DNA of 64,000 bases from Diplonema japonicum (Eukaryota; Protista; Euglenozoa: Diplonemea): contig OZ025705.1 of the NCBI GenBank assembly GCA_964019335.1, positions 1-64,000 on the forward strand, in the 5' to 3' direction. Made by a program: the position numbers and the translations under genes. Below the pieces are notes generated by a model. The model ran no database searches, was not told the origin of the DNA, and worked only from the letters and a program-made list of their open reading frames with translations. Each line of letters begins with the position of its first letter. The stretch's first letter is position 1. This document shows, one piece after another, positions 35,269-45,961 of the stretch.

Positions 35269-36759
35269 CTAGTTGCTGATCTTCTTACACTCCGGTGCGT
35301 AGTTGCAAACAGACAGACACCTGGCCCACCACTGGTTTTGCTTATAGCACGACAGGCCGGCCTCACAGCAGTTCTGGTTCGAGAGACATCCATTGTAAGC
35401 ACTGATCCTGCTAGTGCAGGCAGCATCAGAAGTGGGCACTGGCGTGAAGGCAGGTGTCGGTTGAGGAGTAGGAGCAGGAGTGTGAACAGCTGTTGGCTGA
35501 GGGGTGGGAACAGGAGTGGACGCAGGCATGGGGGTAGGTGCAGGGGTTGGCACGGGGGTGGACGCGGGAGGGTTTCCGTGGCTGCACCCCCTGGCAGGGC
35601 TGACGGAAGCACTGACCGCCTGGGACCAGGCCCCGTTGGTGTCGTGAAGAGCGACCCAGAAGAAGGCCCCCCCGTTGCAGGGGTACTCCTTGTTCAGGTC
35701 CTTCATCACGCTGACAGCCTGCTGCGCATTGCTGTTGGAACCGGTCCCCCCGCAGTCGCTGATGCAGAAGCCGAAGACCACCTTCGTCGGGTCGTTCCCG
35801 AAGCAGTCTGTCACGGGTCTTGAGGTGCTGCAGGGCGGACTCGTAGACGCCCCCGTTGATCCCGTCCGAGTTGGGGCGGGTCACCCCGTTGTAGTACTGC
35901 GGCATGATGAAGTCCATGGAGCTCGCCACCTCCTTGATGACATTGTAGTAGCCTGTCCCCTGCTTCATGTCGATGTCCATCGGTGCGTGCGTCACTTCAC
36001 CGCCAGCAGGGAGCCTCTGCTTCAGCCCGACAGTCACCTCCCTCAAAAAGGCCTGCGCCTGCGCCCCCTTCGCGAAGGAGGACCCCCTCTGCCCGTCCTC
36101 GTAGTAGTACTCGTAGTCGATGTCCACCCCGTCGAAACCCTGGTCCCGCGAGATGTCCACCAGCTGCTGGATCACGAAGTCCTCCTTCCCGTAGCAGTAC
36201 TCCCAGCAGTCGTCTAGCCCGTCCCACGAGCCCCCCATCCCGGCCCCGCCGAAGGACAGGATCACCTTCTTCCCAGCCGCACGCCACTTCTGCACGAGCG
36301 CCGGCTGCGGGGCGTTTCCGCACACGGGCACGGGCGTCGAGATCACGCACTGCTGGTTGCAGGTGTTCTTCCCCGGGCTCCACGTGTAGGTCACCGCGAA
36401 GGACACGAGGACATGTGTGTAGGCGTTCATCTGTGCGTCCGTGGGGCACGCCTGCCAGTTCCCGACGTAGGCGATCATCCTGCTGTCCTCCGATGCCTGA
36501 GCCGGAGGACCGGGCGGCGGCGTGGGCGGCGTAGGGGTCGGAGGCGGTGCCGGCACAGTGCCCCCCATCGATGGGCACCATGTCGCTTGGTTCGACGTGC
36601 ACACACCAGCACTGCCGCCACCCGGGTAGCACGCTCCGCCCACCCTGACTTGTAACAAGGGTCACCCATGTTGATGCAGCGCTGGCACTCCTCCACAGTC
36701 TGCCCTGAGGTATTTGCCACAAGCAGCATCATCCCAAGAAACACCCCGGACGTTTTCAT
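35269..36759 (-). CDS. Secreted GH18 chitinase with P/T linker and C-terminal CBM1-like domain; two frameshifts in this sequence
   Basis: Signal peptide MKTSGVFLGMMLLVANTSG; KVILSFGG; catalytic FDGVDIDYE; MPQYYN; CEAGLSCYKQNQWWARC (CBM1-like). Frame changes near 36640 and 35815. Confidence 0.85.
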
Positions 36760-37228
36760 TTGTGTGTAGATGAAACTAGAGGAGATTATACATACGGAAG
36801 GAGATGGGAAAGAAGACTTGTGCTTGGAGACGGCGTACTCTTGGAAGTACATAACCCAAAGGCAAAGAAGAAACAGAATGAAAAGGAAGAAAAAGGAAAA
36901 AAGATGGGGTTTGACAGCCACTGTTTCGCGTTTGCGCGCAGCGTAGAGGAGGAGGGAGGCCCATCTTGTGTTGACACCTTCTGCGTTACTGCTAATTTGT
37001 CTGCGGATGGTGTTGGCAGTTCGTGGGCTTGAGATAAGACACGAAGCTTTTGACCCCAATCAACTCCCTGTGCGCACGTGGCGGACCCGAAAAGAAAAAA
37101 AATACAAATGGTTTCCTGGTACCACTTGGCAGGTACCTGAAAGTAAAATGAGAAAGAGAAAACGGAATTCACATAACACCATAGTATTCGGAGGGCATAT
37201 CAAATTAGCATTGACATAACATGCTGAC

Positions 37229-37867
37229 TCAAACATCAGCCTTCTCGGCGGTCTTGTCGCCCAAGGGCTCGTTGGTGGTTTCCGTCACGGGGCCTGCCAC
37301 AGCAACGTCCTTCATGGAGCCGGTGGCGACGAGGACGATGATGTTCAGGAGGCCCACCACAGTGCCTGCGAGGAGGAAGAACAGCCCGTAGTTCAGCTCG
37401 AACAAGTCCTTCAGCCTCAGCCTGGGGACGATCGAGTTATCGCAGTCGAAGGTCTCGTCGTACAGGGACCAGCCGATGGCCATGGAGAGGAGGAAGGACA
37501 GGAACACCCCAGCCTGAAGCCCTGCGTTCACCATCCCCAGTGTCCCGCCCTCAGAACCCGCACCCAAGAGAGACACAAGAACGGCGAAGCAGCTCAGAAT
37601 GAGAGCAATGGTTCCGAAGGCCTTCACACCGTTGCCCCTCTCCTCGTGGTCGGAGCAGTTCAAGGACTTCACAGGGTGCGCGTCGTCGGTCCAGTCGTTC
37701 CCCTTCGCGTCCTTCCACACCCCGACACCGTAGCCGTCATGGAACAGAGGCCCCACGTTGCTGGCCTTCACGATGATCACGCTGCGCCCGTCGCCAAGAG
37801 CGACACCAGCGAACAGCACACACACCATCGACAGGAACCCTGCAACAACGTGACCGATGCGAGTCAT
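37229..37867 (-). CDS. Amastin/claudin-like 4-TM protein, copy 2b
   Basis: Reads as identical to 33988-34626. Confidence 0.75.
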   Translation of the reverse strand: MTRIGHVVAGFLSMVCVLFAGVALGDGRSVIIVKASNVGPLFHDGYGVGVWKDAKGNDWTDDAHPVKSLNCSDHEERGNGVKAFGTIALILSCFAVLVSLLGAGSEGGTLGMVNAGLQAGVFLSFLLSMAIGWSLYDETFDCDNSIVPRLRLKDLFELNYGLFFLLAGTVVGLLNIIVLVATGSMKDVAVAGPVTETTNEPLGDKTAEKADV

Positions 37868-38669
37868 TTTTCTTTTCTTTTTTTTTTTTGAGAAGTTTAA
37901 AAAAAGCACAAAAGTAGCTGTGGTAAGTTGGGATAGAGTGAACAGTGCAAGTCGACGATGAATGCAACGTGGAATGAGGGGGGGGAGGGAGGGAGGGAGG
38001 GAGGGGACAAGGGTCAAGGGGCGAGGGCAAAGGGGGCAGACAAAACAAAGATTAATGAGTACGCAGGGGGGGAATAAAAAATAAAAAAAGAACCAGATAA
38101 ACAACGACGCCGCAAGAGCTCAAGAGCCAGAAAAGGCAGCCCAGCTACGTCAGGAATGAAAAAAAAAAAGACACTAAAAAGAAAAAAGAGAAAGGAGGGG
38201 AGAATTTTGTGAGCTGTGGGGGTACAAGAAATAAAAGAATCGGAGAAGGGAACCAAATAAAGGGCGGGGAGAAGAAGAAGGGGAGAAAAAAAAAACTATT
38301 CCCACGCAGGTGGTTTTTAAGAAAAAAAAAGAGGATGGAATGGGAGGGGGAAAAGAAACTCTTTTGAGGTTACTTTCTTCCCCTCCTTTTTTTCTTTTTT
38401 TTTTCTTCTCTTTTTTTAAAATAGAAAATTGCCATCCGTCCTTTTTTTGGAGCGCATTCTTGTTCTCCTTTTTTTTTTTCCTTTCGTTGTGCTATGCTTC
38501 AGGGTTTAACACACCAGATGCATGCCACCTTTCTCTTTTTTTCCTGCTCACTTTTTTTCAGCTACCTTCGAGGTACAAAAAAAAAATTAAAAAAATGAGA
38601 GGACGGGAATCGTAGACACTAGAGGGGAAGGGAAGGAGGGATGGGGTCTCTTTTTCTTTTCAGGACGAA

Positions 38670-40843
38670 CTAAGCTTCCGCCCTCAACATGTCAGAGGCT
38701 TTCTGCGGGGGGGGGGGGGGAATTATTTTAACCTGCATAACATACTCTTCTGGATGCTGCAACACCCCTCTTGATCCCATCACGTTCCCTTCGCTGGTTC
38801 TCTTGGCGAATACGGCGCTGGTGGTGCAGCTCGTCGACTTCCTGCAGGAAAAAAAAATAATTAGAAAAAGATGCGGGAATACCTTCAGGTCTTTCTGCGT
38901 GGTGTAGTAGTAGTACGCCTCATCCTCCTCCTTGTCTTCTTGCAGGTCCCTCAGCTTCAATTCTGTGGCCTCGATGGTGGCCTCCTTCTCGTGCAAGATG
39001 ATGTTCTTCAGCTTCATCGACGTGGTGATGGCCTCCAGGTCCCTGTTCAACAGCTCGTACAATTCGATGTCGATCAGCTCGTTGGCGGGCATGATTGCCT
39101 CCAGGTTGGTTGGGTCCACATCGTCGTCCTCTGTCAGAGTAAGCGCGTCCTTCAACCTGCGCTGGATCTTCTGGTCGCTCTTCAGGTCCTTCAGAGCATT
39201 GGTCACAACACCGAGACGGTTCTCCAGCACTCCCAGACGGAAGGCCTGATGGTGGGTTATGTGTCGTAGAAAAAACATACCTGTGCCTTGATGATCCTGT
39301 CGCTCTCTCCCTTGGCAGAAACATGGCTCGAGATCTGTCTCTGGAGGTATTGCTTGTCGTTCTGCAGGGAATCCACAGCCACCACGTCCCTCTGCTCCTC
39401 CAGCACTGTAATCGCCCTGTCGCTCTTGTCGTGGTACTTCATCAGCCTGTTGGTCTCCTCGCGCACCTCGTCCATCTCCTTGTTCACCACATTGATATCG
39501 TTCTGGCATTTGAACACCTGCTCTTCGACTTCCTTCTTCTCCTCTACTTCCTCCGACAGCCTCACAAGGAGCTCGGTCTTCTTCTTCAGAACCTGAACAC
39601 CCTTGCTGTGCTCCCTCTCAAGCGTCTGCACCAACTCTGTGAGGTGCAGGATCTGTTCTTCCTGTAAGAATTTTTTTTTTTTTTGGAATCTTTTACAAAG
39701 TTTTTGATTCAATACCTGCAGGTTCCAGTCGATGTGTTCTTTCTTGTTGTTGCTGTTGTCAAACCCTGTCACCCTTTGTATGTGGCCGAGCTCCTTGGCC
39801 ACGCTGTCGATCTGCTTGTCCACGGCCTGGATGTCCTTCTCCGTGAGGTTGGTATCTCTTATCACTTCTTCGTTGACCTTCTGCTGCAGCTTGATGGCGT
39901 GCTCGAGCTCTACAACTTTGTCAAGCGCCTCTTCAGGCAGGATGGTGTCCTCCTCTATTCTGAGGGCGTCCTGGTACATGACCTTCAGGCACACCGGTAC
40001 TTCGTCCACAACAACAAACCAGAAGGTGGAGATGAAGTCCGCGAAGGTGGCCCTCAGTTCCTGGTTCACACGCACCACCTCCCACTCTGTCACGGCAGGG
40101 ATCTTGGCCTGCACAATGTCGATCATTTCTTCCTCCTTCTGGTGCGCCGCTTCAGGCTCCACAGTGTTCCCGCTGCCCCCCAGTGCTGCGTAGTACGCTT
40201 CAATCTGCTGGCGCCTCTCCTCGTTCTCCTCCTCGCTCAGCGCCTCGTTCTCAGCAATCTCCGCAGGGTGGGTGGACCAGATCAGCCTGAGAGTCACCTT
40301 GACTGTGCCCTCCATTGCGTTCTCTTTCGCCTGAACTTCGAAAGCGGCCTCGTTCTCAATGCCCATGTCCTCCATCAGTATCCTCAGCAGCTCTGTGCTG
40401 TCGAAGTCCTTTGCCTTCAGGGTGATGTGATAGGTCTTCGGCAGCACCTTGAACAGATTCTCGTCAATGAAGGCCCTCTCTGTGTCGCTCGCCTTCGCCT
40501 TGTTGCAGATGTTGTCCAGCGTCACCGCGTTCTTCTTCTCCACATCCAGCTGCTTGAACAGCCTGAACACAAGCTTCTCCTCTTTCAATTCGGCAATAGT
40601 ATTCTCGTCCTGCTCCTTCGCATCACGCAGCCCTTGCACGTCTCCCCTGACGTCGTCAAGGTGCTTCTTTTTCCTCTCCACAGTCTGCCTCATCAGTTCG
40701 CACTGCTTCTCTTTTTGCTCCATCATGGCCTTCAGCCTCCTCCTTGCCTGCTCCTGTGCGTTCACACCCCTCACGTACGACGTGTTCGACATTGCCACCG
40801 ACGAGGCATCATCAAAGTCACTACCAGCAGGGACTAGCGCCAT
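38670..40843 (-). CDS. Long coiled-coil protein (cytoskeletal/flagellar candidate), multi-exon
   Basis: E/K/Q-rich heptads. GT-AG introns near 39662-39715, 39246-39280, 38843-38882 and 38703-38744 link the frames, ending KASDMLRAEA*. Confidence 0.7.
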
Positions 40844-40940
40844 TGTAATGTCCTGTGATGTGATGTGTGATTTGTAAGTTAGGTGAGTAATAAAGAGAAG
40901 TGAGTTGTGTAAACGATGAGAGATGGTCGGCACGACATGT

Positions 40941-42869
40941 CTAGCCGCCCCTAACAAGTCTGTAACTACCAGAAGCCGACTTGATCATCACGCCCTCGTG
41001 GTTCAGTTTCCTTATAATGTCTGCCACGCACGAGGCGTCGATGCCACATGTCACTGCCAAAGACACGATGTCGCTGGGTTTGTAGAGATCAGTGCCCGTA
41101 GCTGCGCTGTGTGACACAAGCTCCTTCAAAAGGTATGTGGATGTCTTTGCAGTGGCAGTCGTCTTCTGCTTGAGAGTGAGTATTGTCCTTGCCGTGCATG
41201 GTGGTGGCATTGTCTCTGTGGCTTCGCTGTACATCTCCAGCACATCGAGCACATGCCGTGTACCGATGGACCTAGAAAAGTCCACCCTTGCTCGTGCTTG
41301 TACCAACGTGCACAGGACACGCGCAAGCTGTGCTCTCTTCAAGCTATCTGAGGCTTTCTTTTCACAATATCTTTCCAACAAGTTCGCCTCTTGCGCACCA
41401 AGCACAGGGTTGAAACTCTTCATGAGCACGATGAACTGCTTCACTACACTGCAAGAAAGCAATGCCACATCATACTCCTCAAGGGCCAACCTTCTGCACA
41501 ACGCGTCTGCGTGACTGGTAGCGGCATGCGAACCTGACCTCTGCGATGAGCGTGCTTGCGACACGGAAGACGACCTCGCTTCCAGCAGAAAGGAAGAGAA
41601 CATAGCGTCGTGAACACCGTCCTTCCTGTCGACCATGTTGAGCACTATGTCGAAGCGCTTGTCGAGGTCTGCCTTGCGGCCGGATGCACCTGTTGCCAGC
41701 ACCGTGTGCCCGTCGGCGCTCACTCCTTCAAAGAGAGATGGGATGACCTTGGGGGGCAGTGTGTGGATGTCATCAACAGCGAGATACCCGCCATTGATGG
41801 AGCACAGCAAGCTGCCCTTTGTCATCTGACATGTCCTGCTTGCGTTCAGCGACCCGAGGTCCTTCCTTTGGAGCACCTCATGGTTGGGGAGCTTGTCGCA
41901 TACATTTCGTAGCAACGTGCTCTTCCCCATCCCGCTGCCTCCTGCCACTAAGCAGTGCACATTGCCGGAGTAGCGCACTCCACCATTGGCACGCACGCAT
42001 CCGCCCACAATGCACAGAAGCACACCAAGCTTGATGACCTCACAACCAGCCAAATCAGGCGCAAGTGACTTCAACAACAACGGAAGAAAGGCCTCACCGT
42101 GCCCAATCGCTAAGTTGTACAAAAGTTGCGCTTTCTTTTCGCATATGCTGTATATCTTATGTGGGGAAGCGACGTGGAGTGCTTCCAAGTAGTACACTGC
42201 CTTGTAGCGAAGGTACACAGGATGCTCGGGTGTTGGCTGCGCTGCACGGCACACACCGTTTATCTTGGCAACATCACCCAAGGATGGTTGAAGCTTGGTG
42301 AAATTAAAGACAACGGTAATCTGTCTTGTTTTAGGGTTCAGGAGTTCCAACACCTGACACGATTTGGTCAGTGCAGCTGCAAGATACATGCTGTAGCTGC
42401 TACAGCAGTGCGGTGGGGAAGCGGTGGGTGTGAGATGCCCTCTGCTATACATGCGGCGGAGCGACTTCCCACATGAGTTGCACTTGAAGAGCTTCTCGTA
42501 TACGAGGCCTATACCCTTGTCGGTGCACCTTGTCACGGAACCCTGCACACACTGCATGGTGCCCACCATGCTCGGGGTCAGCTTTGCGGTTGTCTTCATG
42601 TCGGTGCAGTCGATTGCTGCTTCTCTGCCTAGTGCATTGCATCCATATACCTGTGCTACGTACCGCAGGCAGCAAACAACAACATCAGGCCTTGCTGCGA
42701 CGATCTCCTTTCCTAGCACTTCACGCAGACAACTATAACTCACGAGCTGGAGGTTCGAGCAATGACGCAGCTTCTGCACGATTATGCTGCACTCGTCTGT
42801 GAAGGGCTCGTCGGTGAGCCTGTCCCATGCGTCGCACTGCTCCTGACCGGCAGGGTGCACGTCCATCAT
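40941..42869 (-). CDS. Divergent MCM-family protein (MCM8/9- or MCMDC2-like)
   Basis: CVQGSVTR, Zn finger CNSC, LAPDLAG.EVIKLGVLL.IVGG, Walker A GGSGMGKS, Walker B LAVDD, KRFD, ARAR. Confidence 0.75.
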   Translation of the reverse strand: MMDVHPAGQEQCDAWDRLTDEPFTDECSIIVQKLRHCSNLQLVSYSCLREVLGKEIVAARPDVVVCCLRYVAQVYGCNALGREAAIDCTDMKTTAKLTPSMVGTMQCVQGSVTRCTDKGIGLVYEKLFKCNSCGKSLRRMYSRGHLTPTASPPHCCSSYSMYLAAALTKSCQVLELLNPKTRQITVVFNFTKLQPSLGDVAKINGVCRAAQPTPEHPVYLRYKAVYYLEALHVASPHKIYSICEKKAQLLYNLAIGHGEAFLPLLLKSLAPDLAGCEVIKLGVLLCIVGGCVRANGGVRYSGNVHCLVAGGSGMGKSTLLRNVCDKLPNHEVLQRKDLGSLNASRTCQMTKGSLLCSINGGYLAVDDIHTLPPKVIPSLFEGVSADGHTVLATGASGRKADLDKRFDIVLNMVDRKDGVHDAMFSSFLLEARSSSVSQARSSQRSGSHAATSHADALCRRLALEEYDVALLSCSVVKQFIVLMKSFNPVLGAQEANLLERYCEKKASDSLKRAQLARVLCTLVQARARVDFSRSIGTRHVLDVLEMYSEATETMPPPCTARTILTLKQKTTATAKTSTYLLKELVSHSAATGTDLYKPSDIVSLAVTCGIDASCVADIIRKLNHEGVMIKSASGSYRLVRGG

Positions 42870-42955
42870 GCCTGTGCCTGTGGTGTGCTGATGATGGGCA
42901 GCTTGCCAAGCTACTACTGTAACATATTACACTTTATAAAATCTGTTCAAAGGTT

Positions 42956-43363
42956 TCACCGCCTTTTCCGCGGCAAAGCCCGCCCAAGGGCTTGTGGTTG
43001 AGGGGCAGCAACAGGCTGCCTTTGTTGAGGAACACGCGCCTGCCCATGCTGGTTCCACAAAAGGTGGAATGAGTTTTTTTCAGCTGCGAGGAGGTAGGCT
43101 GCACGGTAGTCCCTAATGTGCTGGATGGTGTCCGAGCAGCCGGTCATAAACACTATTCCAAAGGCGATGAGAAGGACGTGTGTTGCCTGTGGGACCCCCC
43201 GGAAGCATGCCTTCGCTACACCAAAGGCGGCTATAATGGATACTGCCACTAACGGGATGTACCTGTTCGTAAACAAAGCACCAAGATACCCCAATATTCG
43301 CAAGCACACCACACCCGTCAGAATGTACGAGATCACCTGCGGCAGGGACAAACCTTCCGACAT
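42956..43363 (-). CDS. Small 3-TM hypothetical membrane protein
   Basis: ATG-initiated ORF in the array orientation with three hydrophobic segments. Confidence 0.5.
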   Translation of the reverse strand: MSEGLSLPQVISYILTGVVCLRILGYLGALFTNRYIPLVAVSIIAAFGVAKACFRGVPQATHVLLIAFGIVFMTGCSDTIQHIRDYRAAYLLAAEKNSFHLLWNQHGQARVPQQRQPVAAPQPQALGRALPRKRR

Positions 43364-43917
43364 CTTATCTAACTTCCCCCTCTGCCACCTGTTTTTGGAC
43401 TAAGCTTTGCAAGCCCCTTCAAAGGACTGGAGGAAGCGATTCTCAAAAAACATGTATTTTTCGAAGCATTCTGAATATCTGTTCTACAAAATGACCACGA
43501 GCGACGGAGCGACGAAGCAGGCGATAACCAGAAACGAATTAGAAAAAAAAAAGCAAAACCACGTAAACTTAGCTATAATCTTTTTTTTTTCTTTCTTTCT
43601 TTTTCCTTTTGAGACACATGGTCAGGAGGAAAAACATGGATCCAACCGACAAAAAGGGGGGGAAAGGCTTGTGGAGAAATAAATATCTCCTCGTTGCGGA
43701 CTGACTGTTCTTTTCAAAAAAAGGAAGAGAAAAGAAACAAGAAGAATAAAAAAAAGAAGGATAAGGAAAATAAGAAGAAGAATAGAAACGAACAAAAAGA
43801 GTATTTCTCTTTGTTCTTTGCTTTTTTAAAAAGAAAACACACAGTCAACACCACAACATACGTTAATATGCTAACCGCTCGCTGTGCTGCAAGTTAAAGA
43901 AAAGAACTACAATATGC

Positions 43918-44994
43918 TTAAAGCCGCTTCATGATGAACTCTGCCATCTCCTTGATCCCGGCGACGGCCGATAGGAGGGAGTCAGGTTTGTCAGCACAAC
44001 CGCCAGTGTAGAATATGTGGTCATGCCACATGCGGGGGTAGACACTGCTTTCGTAATATCTAGGGTTTCCTGCGTCACGAACTTTTTTCGCGAAGGCGAC
44101 AGTGTCGTCAAGCATGAGCTCAGCATCGCCCACAATGAGGAGGGACTCCGGGAGCAGCTTGAGCCACTGGGCGGGCGACCAGTAAGGCGAGGCAATGGGG
44201 TTTTTCCAGTCATGCGTGTCCCCGACGTAGGCCTTCCCCGTCCACTGCGAGTCGATGAGGTCCTGTGTCACGTTTCCGCTCGAAAAAATCGGGTCGCCCG
44301 TCATTGTGGCCTCAACCCACACCCTGCTGGAGTAGGAGGGCAGCGAACATGTGAGGTCCGTGTACGTCGAGAACTGCACCGACGCTGTCGCGTGTGGGAT
44401 GTTTCTGTACTCCTCTGCTAGCGGCTCCTCCCCATCGATGGTGCCACTGATTTGCGCGAGCTGTAGGGACAGAGCTAGCCCACCGCCTGCACTGTCGCCC
44501 ACCACAAACACATTCCTTGCCCTTGACGCTCCATACGGACCGTTCTCCCAGATGAACTTCATGCCCATGACGGCGTCGTGGACACCTCCTGGGAAGATGT
44601 ACTCAGGGATCAGCCTGTAGTCGATGGCCAGCACGGGCAGTCCTGTGGCTGCTGCGATTCTTGTAGTGAGCGGGCGGTAGAAGTCAGCAGGCGAGTACGA
44701 CGAGTAGCCGCCGCCGTGCAGGAACAGGATCCTGTCACGCTCTGCCTTGCGTGGCATCCTCTTCGGGATGATCCACTCAGCCGTCCCCCTCGCCTCCCCG
44801 TTCCTTTCCCACGCGGATGACACCTTCACACCTTCCAACACATGGATAGTTGTCCCTTCTGCAAGGCTCTTGTCGATCCCCGTCTCACCGTAGTCCATGG
44901 ACTGCCTGAAGGTCTCTATGCACACATCTACCTGATCTGTAAGACTGCTGTTTTGTGCGGCCAAAGAAGCCGCAAAGAGGATGAGCGTGTTCAT
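43918..44994 (-). CDS. Secreted HSL-family (GDXG) alpha/beta hydrolase/esterase
   Basis: LFLHGGGY, IDYRL, GDSAGG, MWH; signal peptide MNTLILFAASLAA. Confidence 0.9.
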   Translation of the reverse strand: MNTLILFAASLAAQNSSLTDQVDVCIETFRQSMDYGETGIDKSLAEGTTIHVLEGVKVSSAWERNGEARGTAEWIIPKRMPRKAERDRILFLHGGGYSSYSPADFYRPLTTRIAAATGLPVLAIDYRLIPEYIFPGGVHDAVMGMKFIWENGPYGASRARNVFVVGDSAGGGLALSLQLAQISGTIDGEEPLAEEYRNIPHATASVQFSTYTDLTCSLPSYSSRVWVEATMTGDPIFSSGNVTQDLIDSQWTGKAYVGDTHDWKNPIASPYWSPAQWLKLLPESLLIVGDAELMLDDTVAFAKKVRDAGNPRYYESSVYPRMWHDHIFYTGGCADKPDSLLSAVAGIKEMAEFIMKRL

Positions 44995-45072
44995 GTAACC
45001 TGTGGGAAGTGATAAAAGGCGCGAGGAGCGCAATGACAAAGACACTCAAGTCACACTTACACTGCACACGGC

Positions 45073-45851
45073 TTACCGGCTACTCCTTCTTCGGTCTCTG
45101 GAGTAATCACGCCTATCCCTGTTTCTGTCCCTGTCCCTGTCGGTGCTTTGCCTTCTTTGCCTATCCCTACCGTAACCCCTGTCCCTGTCCCTGTCTCTGC
45201 CCCTGTCATCTCTTCCATAACCCCGTCCGTACTCCCTAGCAGAATTTCTGTCACGAATATTTCTTTCCCTCCTGCCTCTGTCCCCTCTGTAGTTGTCCCG
45301 TTCCCTTCCTTTGTTATCCCGCACGGCTCTCTCATCTCTGCCCATGTCCCTCTCCCGTGTTGACATGTGTGTACCACCGGCTTGCTTATCATTCACCTTT
45401 TCCTGGACAGGCTCCTTCTTCGACATCAGCGTGCATTTTACAACACGACCATCAAGCTGAGTGCTGTGCACTTTGAGTAATGTGCATACCTGTGGTGGGT
45501 GGTCTGCCTGGTCGCACGTCATGTGTTCGCAAGCCGTCTCTGCGTCTTCTTTCGTCTCAAATGTGATCCACGCGAAGTCCTTCGGCACTCCTCCTTCGCT
45601 TGCTGGCCTGTCGATGTCGGTGATGCTACCATATGTCCCGAAGACCTGCTTCAAGTGCTCAGTGTTCACATTCATGGAGAGCCCTCTCACCAGCACCATG
45701 GGGTTCACCTGCTCGACTTCCTTCTCTTTCTCTGCCCCTGCTAGTCCCGAACTGCTGCTCGAGCTGCTACTGCTGCTCGACGAGCTGTGTGCAATATGTA
45801 TGGTTCGCGTTGATATGCATACCTTCTGCTACTCTTTGACGAGTACCCCAT
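45073..45851 (-). CDS. RRM + RD/RS-rich splicing factor (RNPS1/SR45-like)
   Basis: Ser-rich N-term, VRGLSMNVNTEHL..FG.YG, KDFAWITF, RDRDR tail; two short introns. Confidence 0.75.
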
Positions 45852-45961
45852 CTTCCTTTTGTCTTCTTCCTGTGAGGTATACCATCGTGTCATGAGCAGT
45901 GCTAAAATAACAACAAAGATACAAAAGAAAATAATATACACGTACAATGTTATGTTTGCCT

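Noticed and set aside
39683-40837. Long plus-strand ORFs (e.g. 384 aa here, 46177-47133, 28306-29202)
   Set aside because: They are antisense shadows of GC-rich minus-strand genes.
44401-44411. GTTTCTGTACT resembling the euglenozoan spliced-leader core
   Set aside because: It lies antisense inside the esterase CDS with no other SL RNA features.
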